Assembly (NCBI GenBank): GCA_023398955.1
Contig: JAEWRL010000172.1
Coordinates: forward strand, 1 to 25,989
From: Pseudomonadota bacterium
GTDB lineage: Bacteria > Myxococcota_A > Polyangia > Polyangiales > Polyangiaceae
Direction: 5' to 3'
DNA: 25,989 nucleotides
Notes under the pieces: generated by a model
Seen by the model: only the letters and a program-made list of their open reading frames with translations
Told to the model about the DNA's origin: nothing
Databases searched by the model: none
Position numbers and translations under genes: made by a program
Part shown: one piece after another, positions 7,958 through 16,497 of the stretch
Layout of the letters: every line of letters starts with the position of its first letter
How positions within the stretch are numbered: position 1 is the first letter of the stretch

Positions 7958-8337
7958 GACTCGTCACCCCAGGTCCAGCCCGGCTTGGGTTTGGCGGCAG
8001 CCTTCTTGGGGCGCGCGCGCTGGCGAGGCCTCGTCCTCTTCCCCAGGCGCTCGATGGGCTGCAAGCTCGGCTCGGGGACGAGGGTCTCTAGACCACCACC
8101 GAGCTGCAGAGCGGTGAGCAGGCGAATGAGTGTCTCGACAGTGGCGCGGCCGCTCGACTCGAAACGCGCCAGGGTGCGAGGGGCTACCCCGGCAGCCGCG
8201 GCGAGATCCTCACGGCGTAGGTTATGGGCCAGACGCAACGCCTCCAGGCGGCGCCCCAGGTCGGCGGCGATCTGCTCCGGTGAGGCCAGGCTGGGATCGA
8301 TTGAAGCTGGCATGGGTTTCCTGTCGCCCGTCGTCAC
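7954..8337 (-). CDS. hipB: HipB-like XRE-family HTH antitoxin / transcriptional regulator
   Basis: The HTH_XRE signature is LGRRLEALRLAHNLRREDLAAAAGVAPRTLARFESSGRATVETLIRLLTAL. The gene has a 4-nt overlap with hipA, typical of TA operons. The Lys/Arg-rich C-terminal tail is unusual. The start could alternatively be the internal Met at 8313. Confidence 0.7.
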   Translation of the reverse strand: MTTGDRKPMPASIDPSLASPEQIAADLGRRLEALRLAHNLRREDLAAAAGVAPRTLARFESSGRATVETLIRLLTALQLGGGLETLVPEPSLQPIERLGKRTRPRQRARPKKAAAKPKPGWTWGDES

Positions 8338-8591
8338 GAGCGCTTACGCGGGGCGTAGTGTGCCAGCATCCCGCTAGTGCAGCCAAGTAAATGCTAAATT
8401 AGTCATATTGTGGCCATTCCGTAGATGTAATTGGCAAACCTTGGCGCATTAAACGGTGATCGTGGGCGTCCGAGATTGTCTCGGCTCCGAGGCGTTTGGT
8501 AGCCATTGCGTCGGCCCGGGCGTTGCGAGGAGCATGCCGGCACCTCCGGCGCGCGACGCCGTCCACAACGAAGGAGCTCCTGCGGTCACGG

Positions 8592-10040
8592 TCAGCTCGG
8601 GGCGACTCTGTCTGGTGGAGCCACGGGCGACTCGGCATGACCGTTGGCGTGCGTGCGCGCCGCGCCGATCTCGCCGGCCCGCTTGAGAGCATACTGGAAC
8701 CCGACCGGACCCAGGAGCTCGTGAATCGCAATCATGGCGATGATGATGGCCTGCACCTCCAGGCCCCAACCTGGAAAAGTCCTGGCGACGATTGTCGAGA
8801 GGGCGAGCGTCACGCCTGCTTGGCTGACGAAGCCGTACCACGCATAGCGTTGGACCATTGGCTCCACCTGGGAGAGATACCCTCCGAGCGCGGTGCCGGC
8901 CCACACGCAGAGCGCGCGCGAGCCCGAGAGCAGGAGAGCGAAGGGCCAGAGGGTCGCCAGTGCAACGATGTCGACCTTCGCCCCGGCAGCGGCGAAGAAG
9001 AGGGCGTACACAGGGAGGGAGAGCCGTTCGATTCCCTTGATCAGGTCCTCGCCTCTTGCCCGTGAGAAGTTCTCTACCCAGAACCCAGCCGTCAGCGAGA
9101 CGAGGAGGGTCTCGAGATGGAAGGCGCTGGCTGTCTGCCAGATGGCGAAACAGACGGCAAGAATGAACACCGGAGTATCCCGGTTCACGTAGCGCAGGAA
9201 GAGGGAGATCCCGATGCCATACGCGATGCCGACAGCGACCGAGCCGCCGAGCTCACGAGCGAGGGTGAGCCCTAGCGATTCGCCGTCTCCGTCTCCTAGC
9301 GCGTTCTTCGCGACGGTCAGCGCGATCGCGAACAAGACGATCACACACACATCCTTGAGGATGGTAACGCCAAGCACCGTTCGGGTGACGGGGCCTTCGG
9401 CACGGTTCTCGGCAATGACGGCGATAGTGACGGTCGGAGAGTTGGCCACCGCGATGGAGCCGAAAACCATCGCGATCACACCCGCCTGGAGCAGGTTGTC
9501 CGTTGGCACGAAGGGTAGGATTGGCCTCGCGAGCATCACTACGGCGAAGACTCCTCCCGCCACTGTGACGAGCTCTGAAAGGGTGATGAGGGTGAGGCGT
9601 TTTGCCTGTTGCCGCACCCAGCCGATGCGAATCTCGCCTCCGGCGGTCAACGCGATGAGGGCCACCGCGATGCCTTCGACCGCCTTGGCGGCGATGAGCA
9701 TGTCCCGCGTGAGCAGGCCCGAAACGAATGGTCCCACCAGCAACCCGACAAGCAGGTAGCCGGTGATCCTCGGCAGACCGATGCGTGCCGCGACCTTGCC
9801 GCCAGCGAAGGCCGCGATGAGCATGAACCCAACGCCGATGGTCGTGCTCTGTGGCCCAATGGCCGCCACCCCGACGCCGCTCCAGCGGAGCAGGACCAGG
9901 ACCCCGACCACCAGCGAGAGTGGCAGAGCGCGGTACACGAGCCGCTCGAACACTGCGCTCAAGCTGGTCTCCTCCGGCCTGCCTCGACGGTGGTTCCGAT
10001 CGGACTCGTGATGCCTCTTAGGAGTCGGACGAAGAGCCAT
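8592..10040 (-). CDS. Cation:proton antiporter (CPA/Na+/H+ exchanger, KefB-like) family membrane protein
   Basis: There are many TM helices. RIGLPRITGYLLVGLLVGPFVSGLL is the hallmark N-terminal CPA2/Kef motif. The ATG at 10040 would overlap the upstream antiporter gene by 82 nt, so the real start may be an internal GTG or TTG. The start is uncertain. Confidence 0.75.
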   Translation of the reverse strand: MALRPTPKRHHESDRNHRRGRPEETSLSAVFERLVYRALPLSLVVGVLVLLRWSGVGVAAIGPQSTTIGVGFMLIAAFAGGKVAARIGLPRITGYLLVGLLVGPFVSGLLTRDMLIAAKAVEGIAVALIALTAGGEIRIGWVRQQAKRLTLITLSELVTVAGGVFAVVMLARPILPFVPTDNLLQAGVIAMVFGSIAVANSPTVTIAVIAENRAEGPVTRTVLGVTILKDVCVIVLFAIALTVAKNALGDGDGESLGLTLARELGGSVAVGIAYGIGISLFLRYVNRDTPVFILAVCFAIWQTASAFHLETLLVSLTAGFWVENFSRARGEDLIKGIERLSLPVYALFFAAAGAKVDIVALATLWPFALLLSGSRALCVWAGTALGGYLSQVEPMVQRYAWYGFVSQAGVTLALSTIVARTFPGWGLEVQAIIIAMIAIHELLGPVGFQYALKRAGEIGAARTHANGHAESPVAPPDRVAPS

Positions 10041-11203
10041 GGTGCGACGATTTCGTTGATGATCCCCGCGGCAGCGACGGCCGCCAGAACCGTTCGAGAG
10101 GTGTCATCCCGCCACACGTGGAAGAAGCTGAGCGTCACCATCAGCCCCAACACCCCTTGTGGCACGAGTCCATCGCCCCAACCGCGGCTGACACGGAGGC
10201 CGTGCGTGGGAGGAGCGGCGATGGCGGCCAGGGTTCCTGCCCAACGCTTGCAGACGAAACGGACCAGGGTGAGGGTCAGCACCAAGGGGAAGAAGAGCCA
10301 CGTGATACTGCCTGAGATGTGAAATCCAATCACCGACATCAAGATGACCACAGCGGGCCGCTCGAAACGACGCACCGCCTGGAGGAGCCGCGCCATCCGG
10401 TCTCCCGGCAAGTTGACCAGGACGATGGCGGCAACGGCCGCGACGGCGGCCGGGGAAAGATGCAACCAACCCGCGAACCCGGCGATGAAGGTGAGCATCC
10501 CCAAGCCGAGCAAGAGCCGCTCATCCTCCGTCGCCCTGCCACCAAGAAACAGCCAAGTCACGCCTCCAAGGAGAGCACCTCCACCGGTGGCCGCGGCGAT
10601 CAACAAGGCTGGGTCGACGGGCTCCGCAGCCGCCCGAAAGATGGCGAAAGAGTGCACGGCGAGCAGCACGACAACGACATCGGCCATGCCGGCGGAGAAC
10701 TCGATCATGCGGAGCACTGGACGAGCCTCGGTGGACCGTCCAGGGAGCGTCGTCCGAATCATCGCGACAAGCGTGGGTCCAGTGCTCGCTGCGGCGGCCG
10801 CCAGAACCAAGGCGGCGGCGACGACCTCTCTCGTCCCAGTTCGGGAGAGCACGAGCAGGATGCCGCCCAATCCACCGACGGCGAGAGCGGCGACAATCGC
10901 TGGAAATAGCGCCACCGCGAACGCTCTTGGTGGAACGAGTCGCAACACCCGCACGTCGAAGCGCATGCCAGCGGCGAACCCCACCCAACCAGCGACGAGC
11001 GCGACGATCGGACCGAGGTCCTGCGCGAGGGACACCTGGCGTTCTCCGGAGAGGAGTCCCAAGAGGAAGCCAAGGACGAGGAAGGCGTGTCCGGTGGCGA
11101 GAAGGTGGTTCAGCCCCACCGCCGTGCGCACCCGTTTCAGGGGGCGCCAGTAGGTGAGGGCTACGGCGACTAGGATGATTGCCAGCGCCAAGCCCTTTGC
11201 CAT
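9959..11203 (-). CDS. Second cation:proton antiporter (CPA)-family-like polytopic membrane protein
   Basis: About 12 hydrophobic segments are present (MAKGLALAIILVAVALTYW..., GLNHLLATGHAFLVLGFLLGLLSG..., FIAGFAGWLHLSPAAVAAVAAIVLV...). I set the start at ATG 11203 (MAKG), which overlaps by 1 nt the TGA of the upstream EIIA gene. The 89 upstream codons of ORF 9959..11470 fall inside the EIIA gene. Confidence 0.7.
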   Translation of the reverse strand: MAKGLALAIILVAVALTYWRPLKRVRTAVGLNHLLATGHAFLVLGFLLGLLSGERQVSLAQDLGPIVALVAGWVGFAAGMRFDVRVLRLVPPRAFAVALFPAIVAALAVGGLGGILLVLSRTGTREVVAAALVLAAAAASTGPTLVAMIRTTLPGRSTEARPVLRMIEFSAGMADVVVVLLAVHSFAIFRAAAEPVDPALLIAAATGGGALLGGVTWLFLGGRATEDERLLLGLGMLTFIAGFAGWLHLSPAAVAAVAAIVLVNLPGDRMARLLQAVRRFERPAVVILMSVIGFHISGSITWLFFPLVLTLTLVRFVCKRWAGTLAAIAAPPTHGLRVSRGWGDGLVPQGVLGLMVTLSFFHVWRDDTSRTVLAAVAAAGIINEIVAPWLFVRLLRGITSPIGTTVEAGRRRPA

Positions 11204-12057
11204 CAGTGCGCTCCAGGGGCCTCTTCGTCGACGGGTGGCGGCATGAACCACCGGGTGTGAATCGGGATGGCCGAGACCCGAGCGTCCTTCGCCCGATGCT
11301 CCTCCGCGATCCTCCTGACCGTCTCGACGATGGCGTCCGTGCAATCCGTCGCCGCTTCCAGGATGAGAACTCGCCGTCCGCCGGGATCGCCAAAGAGGTC
11401 TCGGAAGCCAGCGAAGAGCGGCACCTCGCGAGCCGCTGCCTCGCGCAGGCTTTGGGCCTCCAGGATGCAAGCGTCGCCGAAGCCCTGACGAACCAGGTCG
11501 ATGAGAAGTGCGTCGACGAGCCTTTCGCCCTCGATCGACACAACGAACAGAGCGTGGGGTGTCGAAGGAGGCGGCGGTGAGCGCCCTGAACGCCCCTCGT
11601 ACCGCTGCTCGGCGGCGTGTACCAGCTTCATGGCTTCTTCCGCGGTTCGCGCTCGGCGCAGGCCGTCCACGAGCGTGCGGCTTTGCGCCAGCCGAGCCAG
11701 GTGAGCAAGAAGAAGGAGGTGGTCGTGGGGATCGGGCTTCGAGAGGATGAAAAGGAACACATCGGGAGCCCGGCCATCGATGGTCTCGAGCGCCAGTGGA
11801 GTGCGCACCGTGACCAGGCAGACGCGCGTGGTGGCCAGGCTTTCCAGCTCGACGTGGGGAATGGCCACGCCGTCCCCAATGGAGAAACCCGCGCTGCGTA
11901 GGGTTGCTGCGAAGGCGGCCTCGATCCTGCCCGAGTCCGTCGCGGTAGCGCCAGCCATGCGCTCAGCGACTGCCCGCACGAGTGCCTCGACCGTGGTGAA
12001 GTCCGCAGCCGGCATGACCATCGAAGGCTCGAGCCATTCCCTGGACGTCGGATTCAC
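11203..12057 (-). CDS. PTS EIIA type-2 (EIIA-Ntr/fructose-like) domain protein with an extra C-terminal roughly 120-aa alpha/beta domain of unknown function
   Basis: FSIGDGVAIPHVELESL matches the phosphorylatable-His block of the PTS_EIIA_2 domain (GxAIPH). The C-terminal half (LFVVSIEGERLVDALLIDLVRQGFGDACILEAQ...RVLILEAATDCTDAIVETVRRIAEE) has an alternating beta-alpha pattern but I recognise no family. The gene is translationally coupled to the downstream antiporter (TGATG-type 1-nt overlap). Confidence 0.7.
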   Translation of the reverse strand: MNPTSREWLEPSMVMPAADFTTVEALVRAVAERMAGATATDSGRIEAAFAATLRSAGFSIGDGVAIPHVELESLATTRVCLVTVRTPLALETIDGRAPDVFLFILSKPDPHDHLLLLAHLARLAQSRTLVDGLRRARTAEEAMKLVHAAEQRYEGRSGRSPPPPSTPHALFVVSIEGERLVDALLIDLVRQGFGDACILEAQSLREAAAREVPLFAGFRDLFGDPGGRRVLILEAATDCTDAIVETVRRIAEEHRAKDARVSAIPIHTRWFMPPPVDEEAPGAH

Positions 12058-12453
12058 CGCCGAATGGTAGCGTTCAGTTTGCCTAGTCCGAACAGATTTC
12101 TGGTTCGTACCCGAAGTTCAGCAGTTTGCCGCGCGGGTCGGTGATGACGGTGCCGTCCGAGCACTCCGAGCACAGGGTGCGGCGATACTCTTCGCGGGCG
12201 GGCGCGTGTGCGAAAGCTACACGAGTCTCCTGACTCACGGACCAAGACGGCGGGTCGATCACGGCGAGGGTTCTCAGTCTTCGGCATCGTCCAGCCCGGG
12301 CCGCAGCTTCGGGGGGACGGCCGCTACATCGTCCGACGGCCACTCAGCGGGGAGCGTGCCGGTTAGTGGACTCCGCCACGGTTCGTCCCCGCCGCGGGCC
12401 ACGGGTGCCATGGCCGTCATTGAAAGGCGCCGCAACGGCGCGCGCCACGAGCG

Positions 12454-12957
12454 CTAGAAGAGGTTATCCCCGGGCAGCTCGGACGCCTGACGAATCCAGC
12501 TGGTGAAGAGGTCTTCATCGATGGCCTCGTCCTCGTGGATGTGAAAGTAGCGCACTTCTGGGTGCTTGGACTCAATCGGAGGGAGAGGACGCAACGACGC
12601 ACCGCGCAGGAAGGTCACCTTGATGTACTTCGTGAAGCAGTGCAGCGAGAGGAACCAGCCGCGACCCTCGATCCCGTAGAAGGGCGAGTTCCAACGGACC
12701 GCCTTGCGCACGACCGGGACAGTCCGTTCAACCAGGACGTCCAAGCGGTGCCCGACTTGGCACTTCCAACCCGGCATTGCCGCGATATAGGCCTGCACGG
12801 GACCATCGCCGTCGCCTTTGGCGATCTGAGGATTGCCGCCCGAGAGAAGCTTTGGGGCGGTTGCAGCCCGCGGAGCCTTCGTTGCCTGGAGCTGCGCGGT
12901 CTTGGTCTTGATTGCCTTGGGCTTGGCGGCCACGTTCTTCTTCGAGTTTCCAGCCAT
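12454..12957 (-). CDS. DUF1801 (YdhG-like) domain protein
   Basis: PVQAYIAAMPGWKCQVGHRLDVLVERTVPVVRKAVRWNSPFYG...GWFLSLHCFTKYIKVTFLRGASL has the typical DUF1801 signature (W..P.Y, F..........TF..G). It has a Lys/Ala-rich N-terminal tail. Confidence 0.7.
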   Translation of the reverse strand: MAGNSKKNVAAKPKAIKTKTAQLQATKAPRAATAPKLLSGGNPQIAKGDGDGPVQAYIAAMPGWKCQVGHRLDVLVERTVPVVRKAVRWNSPFYGIEGRGWFLSLHCFTKYIKVTFLRGASLRPLPPIESKHPEVRYFHIHEDEAIDEDLFTSWIRQASELPGDNLF

Positions 12958-12975
12958 GCTTTCTCCGTCGAGGAA

Positions 12976-13341
12976 TCAGAGAGGCTTCAGGACGAACCTG
13001 CCATAGGCGATCAACGCGCACACGGCGGCAACGACTAGCCAGTAGATCATCGGACCGTGTTTCGTTTCCCCAGCAGCCAAGTGGACGCCAGAGAAGAGCA
13101 GCATCTCGGCCGCCACGCAGAGCGCAGCAATCGGAGCGAGCACGGCGAGGGGCTTATAGAAGGCCGGGACGATCAGGCCGACGCTGCAGAGCATTTCAAC
13201 GACGCTCAAGGTGAGCCAAGCGCCGTGCGGAATCGCGCTGAGCGAGGGCACCGCTTGCTCGGAGTTGGAGAGCTTCCAAACGGCGCCCATCAGGGTATGG
13301 AAGGCCAAAAGAACTTGGAAAATCCACAGCGCAAGGTTCAT
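12976..13341 (-). CDS. DoxX-like (DoxX_2) small 4-TM membrane protein
   Basis: MNLALWIFQVLLAFHTLMGAVWKL is the characteristic DoxX-like N-terminus. There are four hydrophobic helices in 121 aa. It lies 18 nt upstream of the DUF1801 gene on the same strand. Confidence 0.65.
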   Translation of the reverse strand: MNLALWIFQVLLAFHTLMGAVWKLSNSEQAVPSLSAIPHGAWLTLSVVEMLCSVGLIVPAFYKPLAVLAPIAALCVAAEMLLFSGVHLAAGETKHGPMIYWLVVAAVCALIAYGRFVLKPL

Positions 13342-13443
13342 GATGTCACTCCTAACGATTCGGGCTGCTGCACTGACCTGGCGGTTCTTGTTGCCCGGAT
13401 CATGGAGAACCGGATCGAGCCGCGATCGCGTCAGTGCATGGGC

Positions 13444-13469
13444 GATGCATAAGTGCGCACTTATGCATC
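13444..13469. promoter_or_regulatory. Perfect 26-bp palindrome GATGCATAAGTGC|GCACTTATGCATC, a candidate operator about 100 bp upstream of the DoxX-DUF1801 operon
   Basis: The inverted repeat can be read directly. It is AT-richer than its surroundings and intergenic, between the DoxX start (13341) and the 3' end of the OmpA gene (13797). Confidence 0.5.
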
Positions 13470-13796
13470 GTCAACCGATCCCGAGGAGCTGCCCCGCGAG
13501 GTGGCCGGGCACACGGGCGCGGCCTCCCCGCCAACCCCCGTTGCGCAGGGTTGAAGCACTGGTGAATCGTGCCCAGGGACCCGGGACCCGGAGCCGTTTG
13601 GGGATTCGTTCGGATCCCAGGTTCGCTGCGACCAGGATCCGACCTCACTCATCCGTAGGAGTGTGGCGCAGCAGGCCCAATGGCGAGCGCGGTTTACGAG
13701 GGTGGAGGGGAGGGGGAGCGGGTCCGAATCCGGAGGGTAGCCCGTTCAGGAGCCACGGCTCGTGGCTTGCGCCAGGGTATGGTGGTCAGGTCAAAC

Positions 13797-14726
13797 CTAG
13801 CGCTCGGCCTCGTTGGACCCACTCGAGGCTTTCGCGATCACCATCTCCACTCGGCGGTTGTTGGCGCGCCCCTCGGCGCTGTCGTTGGTGGCCAGCGGCT
13901 GTGAGTCGCCTTGGCCCACCGCGGTGAGCCTGTTGGCCTTCACGCCCTGGCTCACCAAGTATGTGCGGACCGCGTCGGCCCGCGCTTGGGATAGCCTGCG
14001 GTTCATATCGTCGGCTCCGCGAGAGTCGGTGTGTCCATTGATGACAACCGTCTGCGACCCGTCGAGCTGCTTGAGTGCCGTTGCCACCCGGTCGAGCGTG
14101 TTCCGCGCGAGCGGCAGTAACTCCGACTCACCAGTCTTGAACAGGACCGCGCCGGATAGCGTGATCGTCGTCTCGTTGGCTTCCTCCTTTACCTGCGCCA
14201 GCTCGTTCAAGCTTGCGATGGCTGCCCGTGCCCGCTCCTCGGCAGCGGGGCGCGCTCGCTGAGCCTCTGTCAAAGCCGCACCTTGAGCGCTGAGCTTCTG
14301 GCGCTGATCTTTCCGAGTGTCCGCCAGCTCGCGCTGCGTCTCCTCCAACCCCTCCTCCGCGCTGGTGCGGCGGGCATCCTGGGTGTCCAGGTAGCGCTCC
14401 TCGGCGGCGTCGAGCCGGGCCTTGTTCATCTCGAGCTTTCCTTCCGCCTCCGCCGCACGTGCTTGGCGGTCAGCGAGGTAGGCAAGGTGTATCTGTTTGT
14501 CGGAGTGAGCGCTCGCACGCTCAGCATCGGCCAGGAGGGTGCGCGCCTCGAGCAACTCGTCCGGTGCGAACTTGGCGGCCTGCCCACGCTCTGCTACCTG
14601 AACGGCCTGGCGAGCGTCCACCAGCCCCTTGGGTGGTTGGGAAGGAGCGCATCCGAGCGCCAGGGAGAGCGGCAGCGCGCCGCCGAAGAGTGCTGTGTGC
14701 CATGAGGAGTGAGTGATGTGTTTCAT
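13797..14726 (-). CDS. OmpA-family outer-membrane lipoprotein with a central coiled coil
   Basis: The signal peptide MKHITHSSWHTALFGGALPLSLALGCAP has a lipobox. The central region is a Glu/Arg/Ala-rich coiled coil. The C-terminal OmpA domain contains ITLSGAVLFKTGESELLP...VVINGHTDSRGADDMNRRLSQARADAVRTYL...NRRVEMVI. Confidence 0.85.
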   Translation of the reverse strand: MKHITHSSWHTALFGGALPLSLALGCAPSQPPKGLVDARQAVQVAERGQAAKFAPDELLEARTLLADAERASAHSDKQIHLAYLADRQARAAEAEGKLEMNKARLDAAEERYLDTQDARRTSAEEGLEETQRELADTRKDQRQKLSAQGAALTEAQRARPAAEERARAAIASLNELAQVKEEANETTITLSGAVLFKTGESELLPLARNTLDRVATALKQLDGSQTVVINGHTDSRGADDMNRRLSQARADAVRTYLVSQGVKANRLTAVGQGDSQPLATNDSAEGRANNRRVEMVIAKASSGSNEAER

Positions 14727-14806
14727 TGCTTGTTTCTCGTAGGGTTCTGTGGAGTTCTTGTGGGTGTTTGTTAGGTGGTGACCGGGGGTCGTCGGCGATC
14801 TTGGAC

Positions 14807-15211
14807 CTAGGTGCTGGGGATACTCTGGCTCTGCAGATCCTTGATGCGGTCGAGCGCAAGATCAGCCTCCTCGCGCACCTTGGCTTCGTTCGTTAGACTC
14901 TTTGCCAGCTTTGCGTCGGCCTTTGCTCGCTCCAGCGTGGCCGTCGCCTCCTCGTTCTGCTCTTCCCGCATCTGCTCCTCGGCTTGCTCGACCCCGTCGT
15001 GGGCCATCTTCAGGTACAGCGAGGCTTCCGGCACGGCTTGAGCCCCAGTCCCTTCAGCCTCCGCAATCGCCGCTCTGGTGTCGGCGAACTCGGCGTTGGG
15101 AGTCGCCGCGGAGCCGCAGCCTGCTGCGAGTAATAGGGTTGCGCCGACGGTGCCGATACGTGAGATGCCTATCAGTATACGGCGGCGTTGTGCATATGTG
15201 TGAGGTTTCAT
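14807..15211 (-). CDS. DUF4398-like small lipoprotein (the usual upstream partner of OmpA-family genes)
   Basis: The ATG at 15211 gives MKPHTYAQRRRILIGISRIGTVGATLLLAAGCGSAA, a signal peptide with a lipobox. The mature part is a Glu/Ala/Lys-rich helical protein of about 110 aa (AIAEAEGTGAQAVPEASLYLKMAHDGVEQAEEQ...). The ORF track's longer version adds 84 non-protein-like codons. Confidence 0.55.
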   Translation of the reverse strand: MKPHTYAQRRRILIGISRIGTVGATLLLAAGCGSAATPNAEFADTRAAIAEAEGTGAQAVPEASLYLKMAHDGVEQAEEQMREEQNEEATATLERAKADAKLAKSLTNEAKVREEADLALDRIKDLQSQSIPST

Positions 15212-15554
15212 GGGCGGATGTGTAGCAAGGGTCATGCCGCCCGGTTGGATTATTTGTCTGTGGCAGATATGTCGCGCCGCTTTGGGGGAGACACTGCCCG
15301 GTGCCCGGTACCAGAATGCCCCGCCCAGCAACCTGGTCGCGAAATGGACCGGGTTCTCGTGGGGCAAGTAGGTAGACAACCAACGCCGCTTTCCCGCCTG
15401 CTCTTGACGAGTCGTGCGTGCGGGGGGGCTGGGGGCCCTGTTCGGTGATCCCTGGGCGGTCACGTGCCGTCAAAATGATGGGAAGCAGAGTCAGAATGAT
15501 GGGAGCTCACCGGGCCGGGATTGTCCCCGCGCTGACAGGAGCAGGCGTCGTCCC

Positions 15555-16478
15555 TCACACCGCATGGGCGTGGCGGACTCGACCGAGGTCGCCAGGGGGA
15601 GGGAAGCTGCGTGAGGGCTCGTCGCTTCGTTGGGGGGGCGGGACGGCGCCGCTGCCGCCTTCATCCTCCCAAACTGACAGGGCGTCATCGGTCGGTAGGT
15701 CCCGTCCGACTCTCGGCCGCGCTCCGACAGGTGGCTCAGATAACCTCAGCCTTGCCCGGATGGGCTGAGTGAATGCGATGGCGCCAAGGTCCAGGAGGAG
15801 CAGCTCGGTTTCCTCGGTCGCCGTCATCGACACGGCTTGTTCGCCCGTCATTCCAGCGCCGTCCCCCGTGACCATCCCGATGTCGCCGCAACGGACCGCT
15901 CCCTGCACGATGTGCAGCCAAGCGCATCGACCGTCGGCGAGTTCGTGGATCAGGTGCTGGCCGCGACCAAGAATCGTCGAGAAGAGGAAGGCATCCTGGT
16001 GAATCAATAGTGAACCCTTCTGGCCGTCGGGTGATGCAACCACGCAAAGTGCGCCTCGTCGCTCTGCGAAACTGAAGCGCTTCTGCTCGTGTCCAGCTAC
16101 CAGGCCCACAACGGAGGGACGCAGCCAGATTTGGAACACGTGTGCCCACTCGGTCGGCGAAGCATTCGTCTCCCCGTACCGTATGCCGCGGCCGGCCGTC
16201 ATCCGTTGGAACTCGCCCGCCGAGATGAGCCCCGCGCGCCCCGTCGAGTCCTCGTAGGCCAGCGTGCCCTCTCGGACATACGTGATGACTTCTGTGTCGA
16301 CTCGCAGCGGCTGGCGTCGAGAGGTACGCGGCGGAAGACGCCCTTCATCGAGAGCCCTGAGGTGACCGAACCCTCGCGCGAGCAGCGGGGATGGATCTTG
16401 CGACGAGAACGTCAGCCAAGCTTCGCGTCTCTGACGGCGCACGTGCATGCGTTCGGTAGCTTTGCGGAGGGTGATCAT
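15555..16478 (-). CDS. Pirin-family bicupin protein (possibly with a degenerate metal site)
   Basis: RVDTEVITYVREGTLAYEDSTGRAGLISAGEFQRMTAGRGIRYGETN matches the pirin N-cupin block (etvTYvleG...D..G..g.l..Gd.QwMtAG.GI.HsE). WAHVFQIWL matches the conserved QiWlNLP block. The canonical HxH metal ligands are not obvious (FGHLRAL replaces HPHRG). The C-terminal roughly 60 aa are low-complexity. Confidence 0.7.
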   Translation of the reverse strand: MITLRKATERMHVRRQRREAWLTFSSQDPSPLLARGFGHLRALDEGRLPPRTSRRQPLRVDTEVITYVREGTLAYEDSTGRAGLISAGEFQRMTAGRGIRYGETNASPTEWAHVFQIWLRPSVVGLVAGHEQKRFSFAERRGALCVVASPDGQKGSLLIHQDAFLFSTILGRGQHLIHELADGRCAWLHIVQGAVRCGDIGMVTGDGAGMTGEQAVSMTATEETELLLLDLGAIAFTQPIRARLRLSEPPVGARPRVGRDLPTDDALSVWEDEGGSGAVPPPQRSDEPSRSFPPPGDLGRVRHAHAV

Positions 16479-16497
16479 GTGCGCCTTCCGTGCGTCA

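Noticed and set aside
10344-11153. 269-aa (+) and 10521..11543 (-) long ORFs
   Set aside because: These are shadow ORFs inside the antiporter genes, Arg/Ala/Thr-rich and non-protein-like.
11204-11470. N-terminal extension of the first antiporter ORF (MHPGGPKPARGSG...)
   Set aside because: It lies inside the EIIA gene in another frame and is Arg/Gly-rich. The internal ATG at 11203 gives a proper membrane-protein N-terminus.
15212-15463. Upstream extension of the DUF4398-like ORF
   Set aside because: It precedes an obvious signal peptide that starts at the ATG at 15211. The extension is Arg/Pro-rich.
15595-15642. Cluster of G-tracts (G5, G3, G3, G7, G3) as a possible G-quadruplex
   Set aside because: The loops are long and irregular, and the site lies inside the pirin coding tail. 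This is not beyond expectation for GC-rich DNA.
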